Source of the DNA: Camelus dromedarius
Lineage: Eukaryota
DNA: 60,000 nucleotides
Direction of reading: 5' to 3'
Assembly: GCF_036321535.1 (NCBI RefSeq)
Contig: NC_087437.1
Location: 20,772,001-20,832,000 of the forward strand
The notes under the pieces are model-generated. The model was not told where the DNA came from. It was given only the letters and a program-made list of their open reading frames with translations, and ran no database searches. The position numbers were made by a program, and so were the translations under genes. The stretch's first letter is position 1, and each line of letters begins with the position of its first letter. Positions 48,750 through 60,000 of this stretch are shown in pieces.

Positions 48750-49665
48750 TTTTTTTTAATTGAAATATAGTCAGTTTATAATGTTGCATCAATTTCTGGT
48801 GTACAGCAATTAATGTTTCAGTCATACATACGCATACATATATTCCTTTTCATATTCTTTTTCATTATAGGTTACTACAAGATATTGAATATAGTTCCCT
48901 GTGCTGTACAATAGAAACTTGTTTATCTATTTTTTAGATAGTAGTTAGTATCTGCAAATCTCAAACTCCCAATTTAGCCTTCCCACTGCCTTTCCCCCTC
49001 GTAACCAAAAGTCTGTTTTCTATGTGTGTGAGTCTGTTTCTGTTTTGTAAATAAGTTCATTTGTGTCTTTTTTTTTAAGATTCCACATATAAGTGATATC
49101 ATATGGTATTTTGCTTTCTCTTTCTGGCTTACTTCACTTAAAATGGTGATCTCCAGTTCCATCCATGTTGCTGCAACTGGCATTATTTTATTCTTTTTTA
49201 TGGCTGAGTAGTATTCCATTATGTATATACATATGTGTATATATACACACATATATATGTACCACAACTTCTTTATCCAGTCATCTGTCGATGGACATCT
49301 AGGTTGCTTCCATGTCTTGGCTATTGTAAATAGTGCTGCTATGAACATTGGGATGCATGTATCTTTTCTAATGAAAATTTTCTCTGGATATATGCCCAGG
49401 AGAGGGATTGCTGGATCATATGGTAAGTCTATTTTTAGTTTTTAAGGAGTCTCCATATTGTTTTCCAGCATGGAAAATGGCTGCATCAACTTACATTCCC
49501 ACCAGCAGTGTAGGAGGGTTCCCTTTTCTCCACACCCTCTCCAGCATTTATCATTTGTAGACTTTTTAATGATGGCCATTCTGACTGGTGTGAGGTGATA
49601 CATCATTGTAGTTTTGATTTGCATTTCTTTGATAATTAGAGATATTGAGCATCTTTTTATCTGCC
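48750..49665 (-). mobile_element. 5'-truncated L1 with disrupted ORF2 C-terminus
   Basis: Minus-strand ORFs [22 protein letters not shown]...[20 protein letters not shown] and MFIAALFTIAKTWKQPRCPSTDDWIKK are hallmark L1 ORF2 C-terminal sequence. Confidence 0.93.
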
Positions 49666-49679
49666 TGATGAGCTGGACT

Positions 49680-50575
49680 CTTTTAATCCCCCTTTTTGTG
49701 GATGATGCCACCACTCAGCCACTCAGATCAGGAGCACTGAGTTATCCCACAAAACCCCTTAGCTACCAGATTGTCCAGATTCTACCTCCTAAATGTTTCT
49801 AAGAGCTAAGCCCTTCTCTCCAACCTCAGAGCCTTAGTTTGGCTTCTTGCCATGTCTCATCCCAGAGACAGCCTCCGTCCCCTAGCCAGACTCCCACCTC
49901 CAGCCAATGTACCCTCACCCTGCCCACACAGGTGTGTCTCTAACACACAGACCTGACTGCACTACTCCCCTGTGGACAGCCCTGTGAGATTCCTTGTCAC
50001 CCCTAGAATACAGGCCAGGCTCATCAACATGGCACAGAAGTCCCTTCTTGGAGACAACTGCCTCTCTTGTCATTCTCTCAGCATTTCCTACCATGTTCCC
50101 AAACGCACCTTCGGCTTCTACCATACCACTGGGCATTCCCTTGCCGCTTCTTCCCATGTCCTCCTCCTACTTGGGCTTCAATATCCAACCCAAACTCTCT
50201 TTGGGGACTTTCTCTGAGCCTTCAAGACCGAGGCAGGCACCTGCAGGCCTCCTCTGTAGTGTTCTTATAGGTGCCACCCCCCCCGAGTCCGGTCCCCCTT
50301 CCCCACCCCCACCTCCTCCACTGTGCATAACTTAGGCACTATGTTCATTCATTCATTCATTCAGTAATTGGCTAGTTTAGATATTAAAAATACAGCCATG
50401 AACAAAACAGAAAACAAAACCAAAAACTCCGTCTTGTTGGATCATTCATTCTTTGCAGTCTTTGATTTTCCCTTCTCTCCCTTGGGAGATTTTGAGGGCA
50501 GAAACTGTTCCTATACACATCTTGAATGCTTAGCATACACCCAACACATATCGGTGCTCAAGAAATACAGATGAA
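49680..50575 (+). mobile_element. Degenerate L2 fragments
   Basis: Pyrimidine-rich L2-like text; an opposite-strand (TTCA)n L2 tail at ~50344-50363. Confidence 0.55.
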
Positions 50576-50919
50576 AAGCCCATGAATGCAGGGCCCTGAT
50601 GTTGTTCCTTCCACCCTCCATGCCAACTTGAGGGAAGGACTCAGGGAAATGCCTTCAGTGCCGAGGAAAACTAACACCAGTACCTCACCCCATCCCCTCC
50701 CCAGTCCTCCCAACTTAGTTGTGTTTCCCTTCAAGCAGCAGCAGTTTTGTGGCGTGTCTGCCTGTTCTTCTCTGAGGTTGTCCACTTGCCTCTGGAGGGA
50801 ACAATTCTTACACAATCAGAATATCTTAAATGCTGGTTGTTTGTTTTTAATTTTAAGAATTAAGTTCTAGACGAAGCACAAACACTTCTATTTCTAGAAC
50901 AGAACATAGGAGTGGTGAA

Positions 50920-52300
50920 CTGTGTTGCTAGGTGACTGTGCTAGTCGGGGCCAGAACTTAGGGGTGGGCGGGGAGAGCAGAAGTGGGAGGTCAGACAAAG
51001 CGGGTTAGTTTCCTAGTCTACAAAAATAGAAGTCTCGTGAAGCTTCCCTACATGGGTGAATCAAGAACTAAAAAATTACCCTTAAACCTCCATTGCTTCT
51101 TTTTATTGGACAGTCTTTGGTACTGTTAGAGATTTTTTTTTTAATCAGGTGCATATTATTGCATTTATAAATTTAGAAAACAAGTTGGATTAGAAAACCA
51201 GTGAAGGGGAGACAGCGTGTGTATTGCAGAAGATGGGGGCACGGTCACTAGGAGGCTGATTTGTGTTAGCTCCTCGTGGTGGGGCCGAGCGTTGGGAGGT
51301 GGAGGAGCCCAGTGTTTACTGCAGCCTGTGACCTCAGGGAGGTCTGGCCTTCCCATCAGTGCTGAGTCACCGGCTGAACTGCCGCTGACATACTCTCCTG
51401 ACTGTAAGGCCATCATGGTGCCCTCCCCTCAGCCCCCAGAGCCTCCGGAACAGACTCCTGGGAATTCAGCGGAGGTGCCAGGAAGTCCGGCGCGACCTCC
51501 TGGAAAGCCTCCCTCCCCACTATGGGGGATGTGCAGTGTGTCCTCCTTCCTCTTTGTCCCCTTTTCTGATGTTGTTACTCTCGTCCATTCAGTGGAGCTG
51601 TTGACAGGACACAGCTTCTGTAACTGGAGGACTAGGATGAGGGGGGACCACGCACCACCTTGTCTGGGGCCTTGTGCAGGATACTCAGATTACCTCATTT
51701 CTCTCCCATCTGCCCCATGTCTCTAGATTTTTGATTATGTAGGGATCACAGAGGCAGAGAGAGAGAGAGAGAGTGGCCAGCCCAAGTGTGGTACCATCAA
51801 ACTGTGTCTGGTGAGGTGACATCTTAAACCATCATCCCCAGGGAAGTTTGTAGCATGGGGCCCTTGCCACAGGGCAGGCTGCGTGCAGCCCTCACTTTTC
51901 CAGGACCCATTCATCCCCGCTCCTCATGCCTACTCTGAGAATGCCTGTGTGTGCATGCCACGTGTGCGTGTTTCACTGTGATGATCTTGGAGAGGTTTCA
52001 ACATAAGGCCGTTCTCTGAATTCCTTTGGCTGTGTGTCGTAAGCTGAGGCTGGGCTGGGAGAGAGTTTGGGTGTTCCCTGTTCATGGATTTGGGTGGAAA
52101 GAGGACGGTCTGAGAAGCACGGAGCTGGTGGGAGACTGTTCTCAGTGGCCGCAGCACAAGTGTCTGGAGATCACGTGTTCTTGCTGGAGAGGATTCTTCT
52201 GGGAAGGCCTGTGAGTCAAGACCCCCGCAGTCCTCAGCTGGGTGACTCCACATGAGTCACTGCATTGCTTGATGTCCGACGAATAAGTGGAGATAATGTA
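50920..52300 (+). promoter_or_regulatory. Motif-dense candidate promoter/enhancer, possibly of ZBTB38
   Basis: RFX X-box-like 50924-50936, GC box 50961-50973, ARE/AP-1 51360-51370, ETS near 51480, AP-1 at 52212 and 52253; repeat-poor. Confidence 0.45.
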
Positions 52301-54502
52301 TTTTGCCTTCACCGGTCTCGAGGCGTGTGACCCTTTTGGGGGGAGGGTCAGCAGCGGGAAATGTGTCATCAACGTCTCCCTTTAATGCCCCTTCTCTTTT
52401 CCTGGAGTCCATGTCATACAGCACATCTGAGCAGCCTGACATTGGATTCTTGCTCTTATCTTGTTTTTCTTTTTCCTAATGGTTTTTTCCTTCTCAGTTG
52501 AATCATTCAGGGCTCTTGATGGTCTCTGAAGTGAGTTGAATTTTCCTAGCCTTTCATTCAAATTCTGGCTCCTTCCCATTTCCCCCTTCTGACCACCCTG
52601 TTCTCCAACCACATTCATCAGCTAACCATTCCCTGGACGCATCACCCACATTTCCACCCTTGCCCTTGCTTCTCCTCTGGTCTGGGTGCACCCACCACCC
52701 CCCACCCTTCGGATTTTACTTTCTCTTCTCATATAAGTCTGCGGAAACCCTGCCCAAGCCCCACCTGCTCCAGCCCCAGCCTCTCCTCCCATCTCTGAGC
52801 TGGCAGCCCTCTGTATACTTGTGACACCCTCCTACGGGGGCAGGGTCCTGGTTGTTGACTGTCGGCATCCTGTCTACCCTGCCTCCCCTCTGTGTCAGGA
52901 TCATGTCTTTCACTTTGCCGTGCTTCCAGAGAGTTTCCAGAGCTCAGAGCAGGCTATAGTATGTCTATAATATGTAACGGGTGTTTCTTGATGTTTGCCT
53001 GAGATAAGGATGAAACCAGGGCCCTTGGTTTTAGGGGACAGTGGGGGGAGGGGTGTGGAGAGAAGAAACCCAGTGCTAACTAGTCTCGTATCTTATCTGT
53101 ATGGAGGTTTCCAATAACATTAATAAAAAAAAAAATCCTGTGCTGATAATTTGAAAACCATTGCATCCCACTGTTATTATTTCCATGCCTAATGTGATAA
53201 ACAGTGGGAAAAAATTAGGCCCACTTTTGAAAAATGTGCCTGGAGCACTGAGAAACCATCACAAAAGGAAGGATTTGGCTCAAAGAGTGGGCGTGTTACG
53301 CAGTCCCAGGAAAAAATTTCTGGCCTGTAAGAAAGGGACAAATGAATTGGCCAAGACCATCTAAATTCTAGAAGTTTGCATTTTGGATCACCAGAGGTCA
53401 CAAGTGATGGAAACTCAGAAGTGAATCGTCCAAGCAGTTAGACTGGTCTCCTCTATGCAGGCCTTTGAGGCCCCCAGGTGTGGGTGTGAAGCCCCAGCCA
53501 GTGAAGCCTTGTTTGGATGCAAGAGATAGAATGGAGCGGGCCAGCTCACTAAGAGGGCGTGGATGGTGTGAGGCACGGGCAAAGGGGGCCTAGGGCAGCC
53601 GGCAGAGGCAGCACCTGACCAGGAAGAGGCTCCCTGGCTTGGTTGCTCACTCCAGGCCTACCCTACCTGCTGCTCTCTGCCTTGTCACCCGCTCTGTGTG
53701 CTCAAGGTGGCCACCAGCCCAGGGTCCATGGGCCCAGAGGTGCCAGAGCCTGTAGCCATCTGACCAGCTGCCACTCAGGTCACATTGTAGGAGGGAGACC
53801 CTAGGTTTGATTGGGTCCAGTCGGTGCTGAGTGGAGGGCAGGGGCCATAGGGGGCTCAGGAAGCACCACCAGGAAGTCTGGTTGCATAAGGCCAGGCATG
53901 GGAGCCCAGGCCACCTGGACAGGGGTTCCCAGGGGTTCTGAGCCCACAGTGTCCGTTGTGTGGGCACAGGGATGTGGCAGGGGATATTTTCACTCTCAGA
54001 ATCCATCAACAACCTCGAGGCTCTTGCTTCCTCTAGAGGCTGCAGCCTTGTTTCCTCGCTCTCAGTGTGGATTTTGCAGCATAGGATGGGGTCTGGTTAG
54101 CCGGTTTCTCAGCTTTGGCAATAGAGGAAGTCAGAACACGAGGCCTTCGTGCCCAGTGTGGTATCTAACATAAAAGGTCATGTCTGAAGTCAGCACGTAA
54201 GATGAAAATATATGTAATCAAAATGTCTGTGGAAAATCCTTAAAGTCACCCATAAGGTATGGGCCACCTACGTCTCTCAGCAAGCCCAACACAGCCAGTT
54301 TTCCCTCCAGCACAGAGCAGACCCTGTTTGTTGGCTGACAGCCAGGGGATGTGAGTGCTTTGCCTTCAGTGGCCATGCCTGATAAAAAATCTTTAAATGT
54401 TAGATCCATTCTTAGCTAGAGAACACCACAGGGAAATGCATGTTCTCTCTGAGGCATCTCATCCTAGGAATGTGGGGGAGTACCCCACAGCATACCATCT
54501 TC

Positions 54503-54622
54503 ACCCTGCCCTCCCCTCCCTTCCTCCCTCTCCCTTCCTCCCTTTCTCTCTCTCACTCCCTTTCGCCCTCCCTACCTCCTTCCCGCTCTATTTCTCCCTT
54601 TCTTACTTTTTTCCTTTCTTTC
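54503..54622. repeat. CT-rich low-complexity polypyrimidine tract
   Basis: Near-pure C/T stretch. Confidence 0.85.
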
Positions 54623-56443
54623 TGTCAAGGATATATGGTTACATTGACTTCAGTTAGTTGCTCCTAGGATGGGATGTCACTGTAAAAGTACAGTCCCTCT
54701 GACCATCCCCCATTTGGCAATTAGGTATCTTTTCTCCACTCAGGGATAAGGTGCTCTCTGAAGCAGGAACAATGTCTTGTAGTTTGCACCATCTCCCCTG
54801 TACTCTCCCCAACCCAGGCACCCCCAGTCCCAGCCCTCTGCATGTACGACTTCCTGCTTCCGTGTGCCTTGGTTCACCGGTTGATTCTAGCCCTGCCATG
54901 CTTGGTTCCCCTACCTGAGAAGTGAACGTTAACTAAGGAGGGGAAAAGGTCAGTTCAGACAAAATACTGACCTGATTTTGAACAATTAGCTAACAATGGA
55001 AGGCTCAGCCTTCAGGTCATTTCCCTAAAAAGGAAAAGATGGGCTAGATCAGTTGTCTTAAATTTGGCTATCCGTAAGAATCACTGGAGAGATTTGATTC
55101 AGTAGCCCAACAGGTCAAGAACCTGCATTTCTGACAGCTTGGCCACCGCTGCCATGTCCCCAACCCAGTGCTGATGCAGGACCTCTCTGCGCCATCACGG
55201 AAAGGGCCGTGACAGGAGAAACAGCCCCACGTCCTCAGCATGAACTGAGGGTAATACTCTTCTCCAGGGCCTGGTATGTAGGTTTGTTGTGAGGATGAAA
55301 TGGCTTCACATTTGTGAAGCATTCAGAGCAGTGCCTGACACAAAGTACGTGCCATGTTTTTAAGTAATAATAATTTACTTGGTTAAAACCCCATGCTGGT
55401 TATTTGCCAGGACCCTCTACCCCTACATCTCTGAAACAAATGAAAACCACTTCTCAGACACAAGTGAAATCCTGAATGGAGACAGCTGGAAAACAAAATA
55501 AGTGTCAATGTTACTCTTCCTAATTTTAGCTGCCCTGGACCAGGCAAATATTTGGACCACATCTGCTGTCCTAGGCAGCTGGGCTGGAAAGACAGCCCCA
55601 CAGACACAGGCTTCCATGGCTGTCCCTGACACATCCCCTCCCAGCACAGTTACTCTCCCCAGGACCCAGCTCACCCCTTCAGACAACCTCCCCATAGAGA
55701 TCTCTGTCAGACCCCATCCCTAGTCTCTAGCAATCACATTACAGCTATCACTGTTTAAAATGATCAGATTTACATATACCTGTTTAGTTATGACGTCTTC
55801 CCAACTAGAACGTAAGCATCTCTGTCTCATTCTCTGCTTTTACCGCAGCACCCAGCACAGTGCTTGACACATAGTAGGTGCTCGGGAAATATTTGTGAAC
55901 GCATGTACCACAACAGTGTCAGAACGTATGGAACTGAAGGGGGAAATACCACATGTTCTTTCTGTTTTGCTTGTCATCATCTTTCTCACTCTTGTTCCTG
56001 GGAGCTGGGAGCTGCTTCCTAAGGGCTGTGGGTCTGAGGGCAGCCTGTCCTTGTGGGAACCGCTATCCACCAGAAAAAGCCCTCTTCCGACTTTCCCTTG
56101 AAGGCTCTCAGCCTCAGCCTGATTGCTGGCTGGCAGGACATTTGCCTTAAAGTCTCAGCTAAGGTCAGCGGCACTGGCTGGTGCACGGACAACCCTTATT
56201 CTCAGAAGTACCTGCACACCCTACAAGGAAAGATAAAACCCAAGCCACCTGGGCTTCCCAGAGCACTTGGCAGGCTTTTCAACTTCCTTCTCTAGACTGT
56301 CAGGTATAAAATTGACTATTTTATGTACCCAGATGGAATAGGGGCCGGTCATCTCGGTAGCTCAAATCAGACAGAAAATTCTTAATTGGGCGGGGGGGGT
56401 CACAGATGAATTTAGAATTTAAAACTAACCCAAGCTTTTGTAG

Positions 56444-56640
56444 TATTTCTCACCAAGACCACTGCTGGCATGTGGGCTGGGATGCTACTTTGTGGTGTGG
56501 GACTTTCTCACACACTAGGACACTTAACATCCCTAGTCCTTGGGCAGCTAAATGCCAATAGCCTGGGAGTCAAAAAAGTGCCAAAGGGCATTTCCAGACA
56601 CCCACTGGGGGTGATACTGCCCCATCTGAGAACTGCCAGT
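56444..56640. mobile_element. hAT-Charlie MITE (MER20-like)
   Basis: ...catttccagacacccactgggggtgatactgccccatctgagaactg terminus. Confidence 0.55.
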
Positions 56641-57439
56641 TAGGGGAGAGTGAATCCCCTCTTGTGCCTTATAATGTGCTGTTTTAGCATCATCCTGTTT
56701 GGGCATTTTTAAAATTTTTTATTTAAAGAAGTAACACAGTCTCTTTGTAGAAATATATTTTAGATAAAGCTGACACCTACTTCCCATTTTAGTCCTTTCC
56801 CCACTTCCCTGAAGAAGCGAGGGGGACTGATATGGTTCCCATTCCTTTCCACATGTTTACATGCATGTGCAGAAACCTGTATGCAAGTGTAGGAGAGCCC
56901 TGGCATTTGTATACACACATCTCCTCTGCAGCTTGAGATTTTCACTCAGGAGCATGAGTTGAAGATCTCTGCATGTCAGAACGCGTTGAGATGCCTCCCC
57001 CTTTGTAGTGGCTCTGGTATTTAACTGTGTGTCCATGGGCCTCTTAGCAGAGAGCAGCAAAGGAAATTACTACCCTGGACAAGGCGTCGCCTCTGGTCTG
57101 ATCACAGAACCAGATTAGACAAAAGCTGAGGTCATTTTGAGTCATTGCCGCCAACCCCGCTGCTGTCCACAGAACGGAGTGGTGCCTTGACTTGAATTTG
57201 GAAGTAACATCTCTAAGCCTGGCTACTTCGGCTGCTGCATAAGCCCAGCCCTCTGAGTCTCCGGCACTGAAATGGATTCCTTTCCTTCCTCAGCCTCTAG
57301 TGTGCTGTTTTCTGGCAATAGGTTCTGATTTTAAGAGAGCAGTTTTGGTGATTGCCTTTGTCCCTCAACCAAGTGATGCATGAACAAGGATGTTTACTTT
57401 TATGGGTAATTATAGGTCTATGAAATGAGCACCTAATAT

Positions 57440-58720
57440 CAGGCACTTTCATCTCTTATCTCTAGGCCCCAGAATGTCCTTCACAATAGGTATTAGTAGC
57501 TCATTTTTATAGGTGAGAAAACTGAGACCTAGAGAGGTTAGACAGTTTGCCCAAGCTGTTCAGTTATTGAGTGGAGAGCCAGAGTGCAAACCCAGGGCTT
57601 GCTCTCAGATAATCATATTATTTATTTAGTCAACAGTATTTATTGGATGTCTCTAATGTGCTGGAAATGGTACCCAGTAACAGAGTACAGCAGTGAACAA
57701 AGCAGTAAACAAAGAGGAGATCTCTGCCTTCATAGAGTTTACATTCTAGCCAGGGAGACAACTAAGAAGTAAACACACAAATATATACTGTAACTTAGGG
57801 GCCACTAAGTACTATGAATGAATTTAAAGCAGAATAAGGGGTCAGTGAGTTGCAGAAGGGGCTACTTCAGGAAGGGCATTGGATAAGGCCTCCCTGAGGT
57901 GGTGACATTCAAGCAAAGACACAAACAAAGCAAAAGAGCAGACTGTGCTGAAATCTCAGGTGAACCAGGCTGTGATCAGTAGGTGCAAAGGCCCTGAGGT
58001 AGAGCACGCTGGGCATATTTAAGGCGCATCGGGAAGCCAGCAAGGCCAGACTGGAGTTAGTGAGGCAGAGAGACATGGAGCTCAGATCAGAGGGAAGCTG
58101 GGCCCTGATCACTTGAGCTTTTCTAGGCCATTGTTAGGACTTCGGACAGATTCTGAGTGCAATGAGAAGTCATTGGAGAGTTTTGAACAGGGGAGTGGTT
58201 TGATATGGCTTAAGTTTTTAGAGAATGTCCTGGCTCCTGTGTGAATAACGATTGTAAGCAAGGTGGAGCAGATTCAAGGACATTAGTTAGAAGTCCACTG
58301 TAGAAATCCCAGGAAGAGAAGATAGTGGCCTGGATCAGAGTGGTAAGCTGTGGAAAGAGTAAGAAGTGGTTGGATCAGGGGTACATGTTGAAGGTAGATC
58401 TGATAAGACTTTCGGATGAACTGAATGACCTTTATGGAGGAAGAAGAGCAGTTAAGAATGACTCCTAGGTTTTTGCCTGCGCATCTCATTGGAGATAGTA
58501 CCGTTTACTGAAGTTAGAAAGCCTGGTATGGGGTGGGGGAGCAAGTTTGAGGAGGTGTGCAGAATCAAGAGTTCTGTTTTTGACCCATTACTGTTGTGAT
58601 GGCTGTTAGAGCTGCAATCGGAAGTGTTGAATCAGCAAATAGATCCGTCAGAATATAATCCATGCTAGTGATACATTAGGGAGTCACTGATGCATATACA
58701 GGTGTGGTGCTTCATGAGCT
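57440..58720 (-). mobile_element. MIR (~57440-57605) followed by a long L2 fragment
   Basis: MIR core catttttataggtgagaaaactgagacctagagaggtta; L2 text gtgcaaaggccctgaggtag...gagaagtcattggagagttttgaacagggg. Confidence 0.7.
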
Positions 58721-59266
58721 TACTGGGGACTGAGTAGAACTCTTTCTAGCTTATTACCTACTATGTGTAGCTCACAGTGCTTTGTGCTTGGAATACAGCA
58801 GCAAGCGAGACTGACATGGTAATTATTCAAAGTGGCTTGCTCTAAACCCAGCATGCCACCAGGAATGGTCTTGACCTTTATTATTATTAAGGTCATTGAA
58901 TGTTAGAGTAAAAGCAAACTTAGAGATGATCAAGTTCAAGCTTCCAACCTCTCTCCAATTTACAGCAGAGGAAACTGAGGCCTGGAGACATTAAGGACTT
59001 TGCTAAAATCTGTTCTTTAAAAGCTACTTACATTTTAGATCTTTTTAATGCATATGTCCATCCCAAATTGTTCATATTCTTTGTTTTTATTCATATTTAC
59101 TTATACTCTAAGAAACAAAGTTGAAGTTGAGAAGAGAGTAAAAAAAAGATGTTTAAAGACTTTGCCTAAAAGACCTAAGAGTAATTCAGTTGAATTCAAT
59201 AGATGTTTATTGAATGATCTACTGTGCTAGAGACTGTGGGGATAAAGGTGATTAAGAAGCATCCAA

Positions 59267-59415
59267 AGACAGCCCACAGGATGGGAGAAAATATTTGTAA
59301 ATTATGTTTCTGATAAGGGACTTGTATCCTGAATGTGTAAAAACTCTTACAACTCAAAAATAAAAAGACAAACAGCCCAGTTAAAAGATTGGCAAAGGGA
59401 AAATGGGCAATTCAT
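59267..59415 (+). mobile_element. Internal L1 ORF2 fragment
   Basis: agacagcccacaggatgggagaaaatatttg...tctgataagggacttgtatcc...aaagattggcaaagg; flanked by an agcatccaa direct repeat. Confidence 0.75.
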
Positions 59416-60000
59416 AGCATCCAAGATCCCAGTAGTGGGGCCAAGCTCCAGTGTAATCTTGTAACCTTCCTCAGAATTCCAGGCGGTTCCATCTAAGGAG
59501 CAGGGCATCAGAGGAGCTCTGGGCTTGGTATTAAGTCATAAAAGTCAGTGTGGCAGGAGCATCAGGGTGAAGACACAGGGCCCTTGGGAATTGTGATGAC
59601 ATGAGGTCAAAACATGAGCCAACCAGGCCGTAGGGCTGGACAACTCCCAGGAGTGGTGGGGGGTAAGATGGCAGAGGAGAAGGACTCTGAGCAAAGGGGG
59701 CCAAGCAGGTTGAATGCTTCTCCCTTGGTGGCCACGGATTCTGGAAGATGGCACCCAAGGCCACAGCATGCTTAGACGTCTTGTCCACACATGGTCTTCT
59801 TGTCCATAGCAGCAGAGGATGATGTCCTCCAACCCTGGTTGGTTGAAGATTCCAGGAGATGTAGGTCAAAGATTCTGGGGCCACTGCAGAGAAAGAAATG
59901 GACTGACTTCTTGAGCAACCACAGTGCAGCCAGGGCCAGGCAGATTTCAGAGTATGATCGTCCTTCTAGGTAAAGAATACTCGCAAAAGCTTTGCCTCAA

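Noticed and set aside
48974..49714. ORFs as a host gene or active L1
   Set aside because: Broken fragments of the ORF2 C-terminus in a 5'-truncated L1.

Overview
Mammalian genomic DNA, most likely a camelid (Camelus/Vicugna/Lama), judged from two tRNA-Ala-derived SINEs. The + strand carries the last four coding exons of PXYLP1 (ACPL2; 2-phosphoxylose phosphatase 1, a histidine phosphatase with RHGDRYP and HD motifs) at 11501-11659, 12479-12605, 21608-21747 and 26213-27150, followed by a ~1.4 kb 3' UTR. The canonical signal-anchor start exon is not seen and presumably lies upstream of the window. The rest is intron and intergenic DNA rich in L1, L2, MIR, MaLR/ERV LTRs and hAT DNA-transposon fossils. 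It includes a convergent CTCF motif pair, an orphan CpG-rich promoter-like region (~36.4-37.4 kb) and a motif-dense region (~50.9-52.3 kb) that may be a ZBTB38 upstream promoter by human synteny. I see no new gene family or multi-gene system. The most unusual items are an apparently L1-retroposed ERV R-U5-PBS-leader RNA, an L1/foreign-sequence chimeric insertion, and a candidate in-frame alternative PXYLP1 exon. Repeat family names come from recalled consensus sequences, not a database search, and boundaries of old repeats are approximate.
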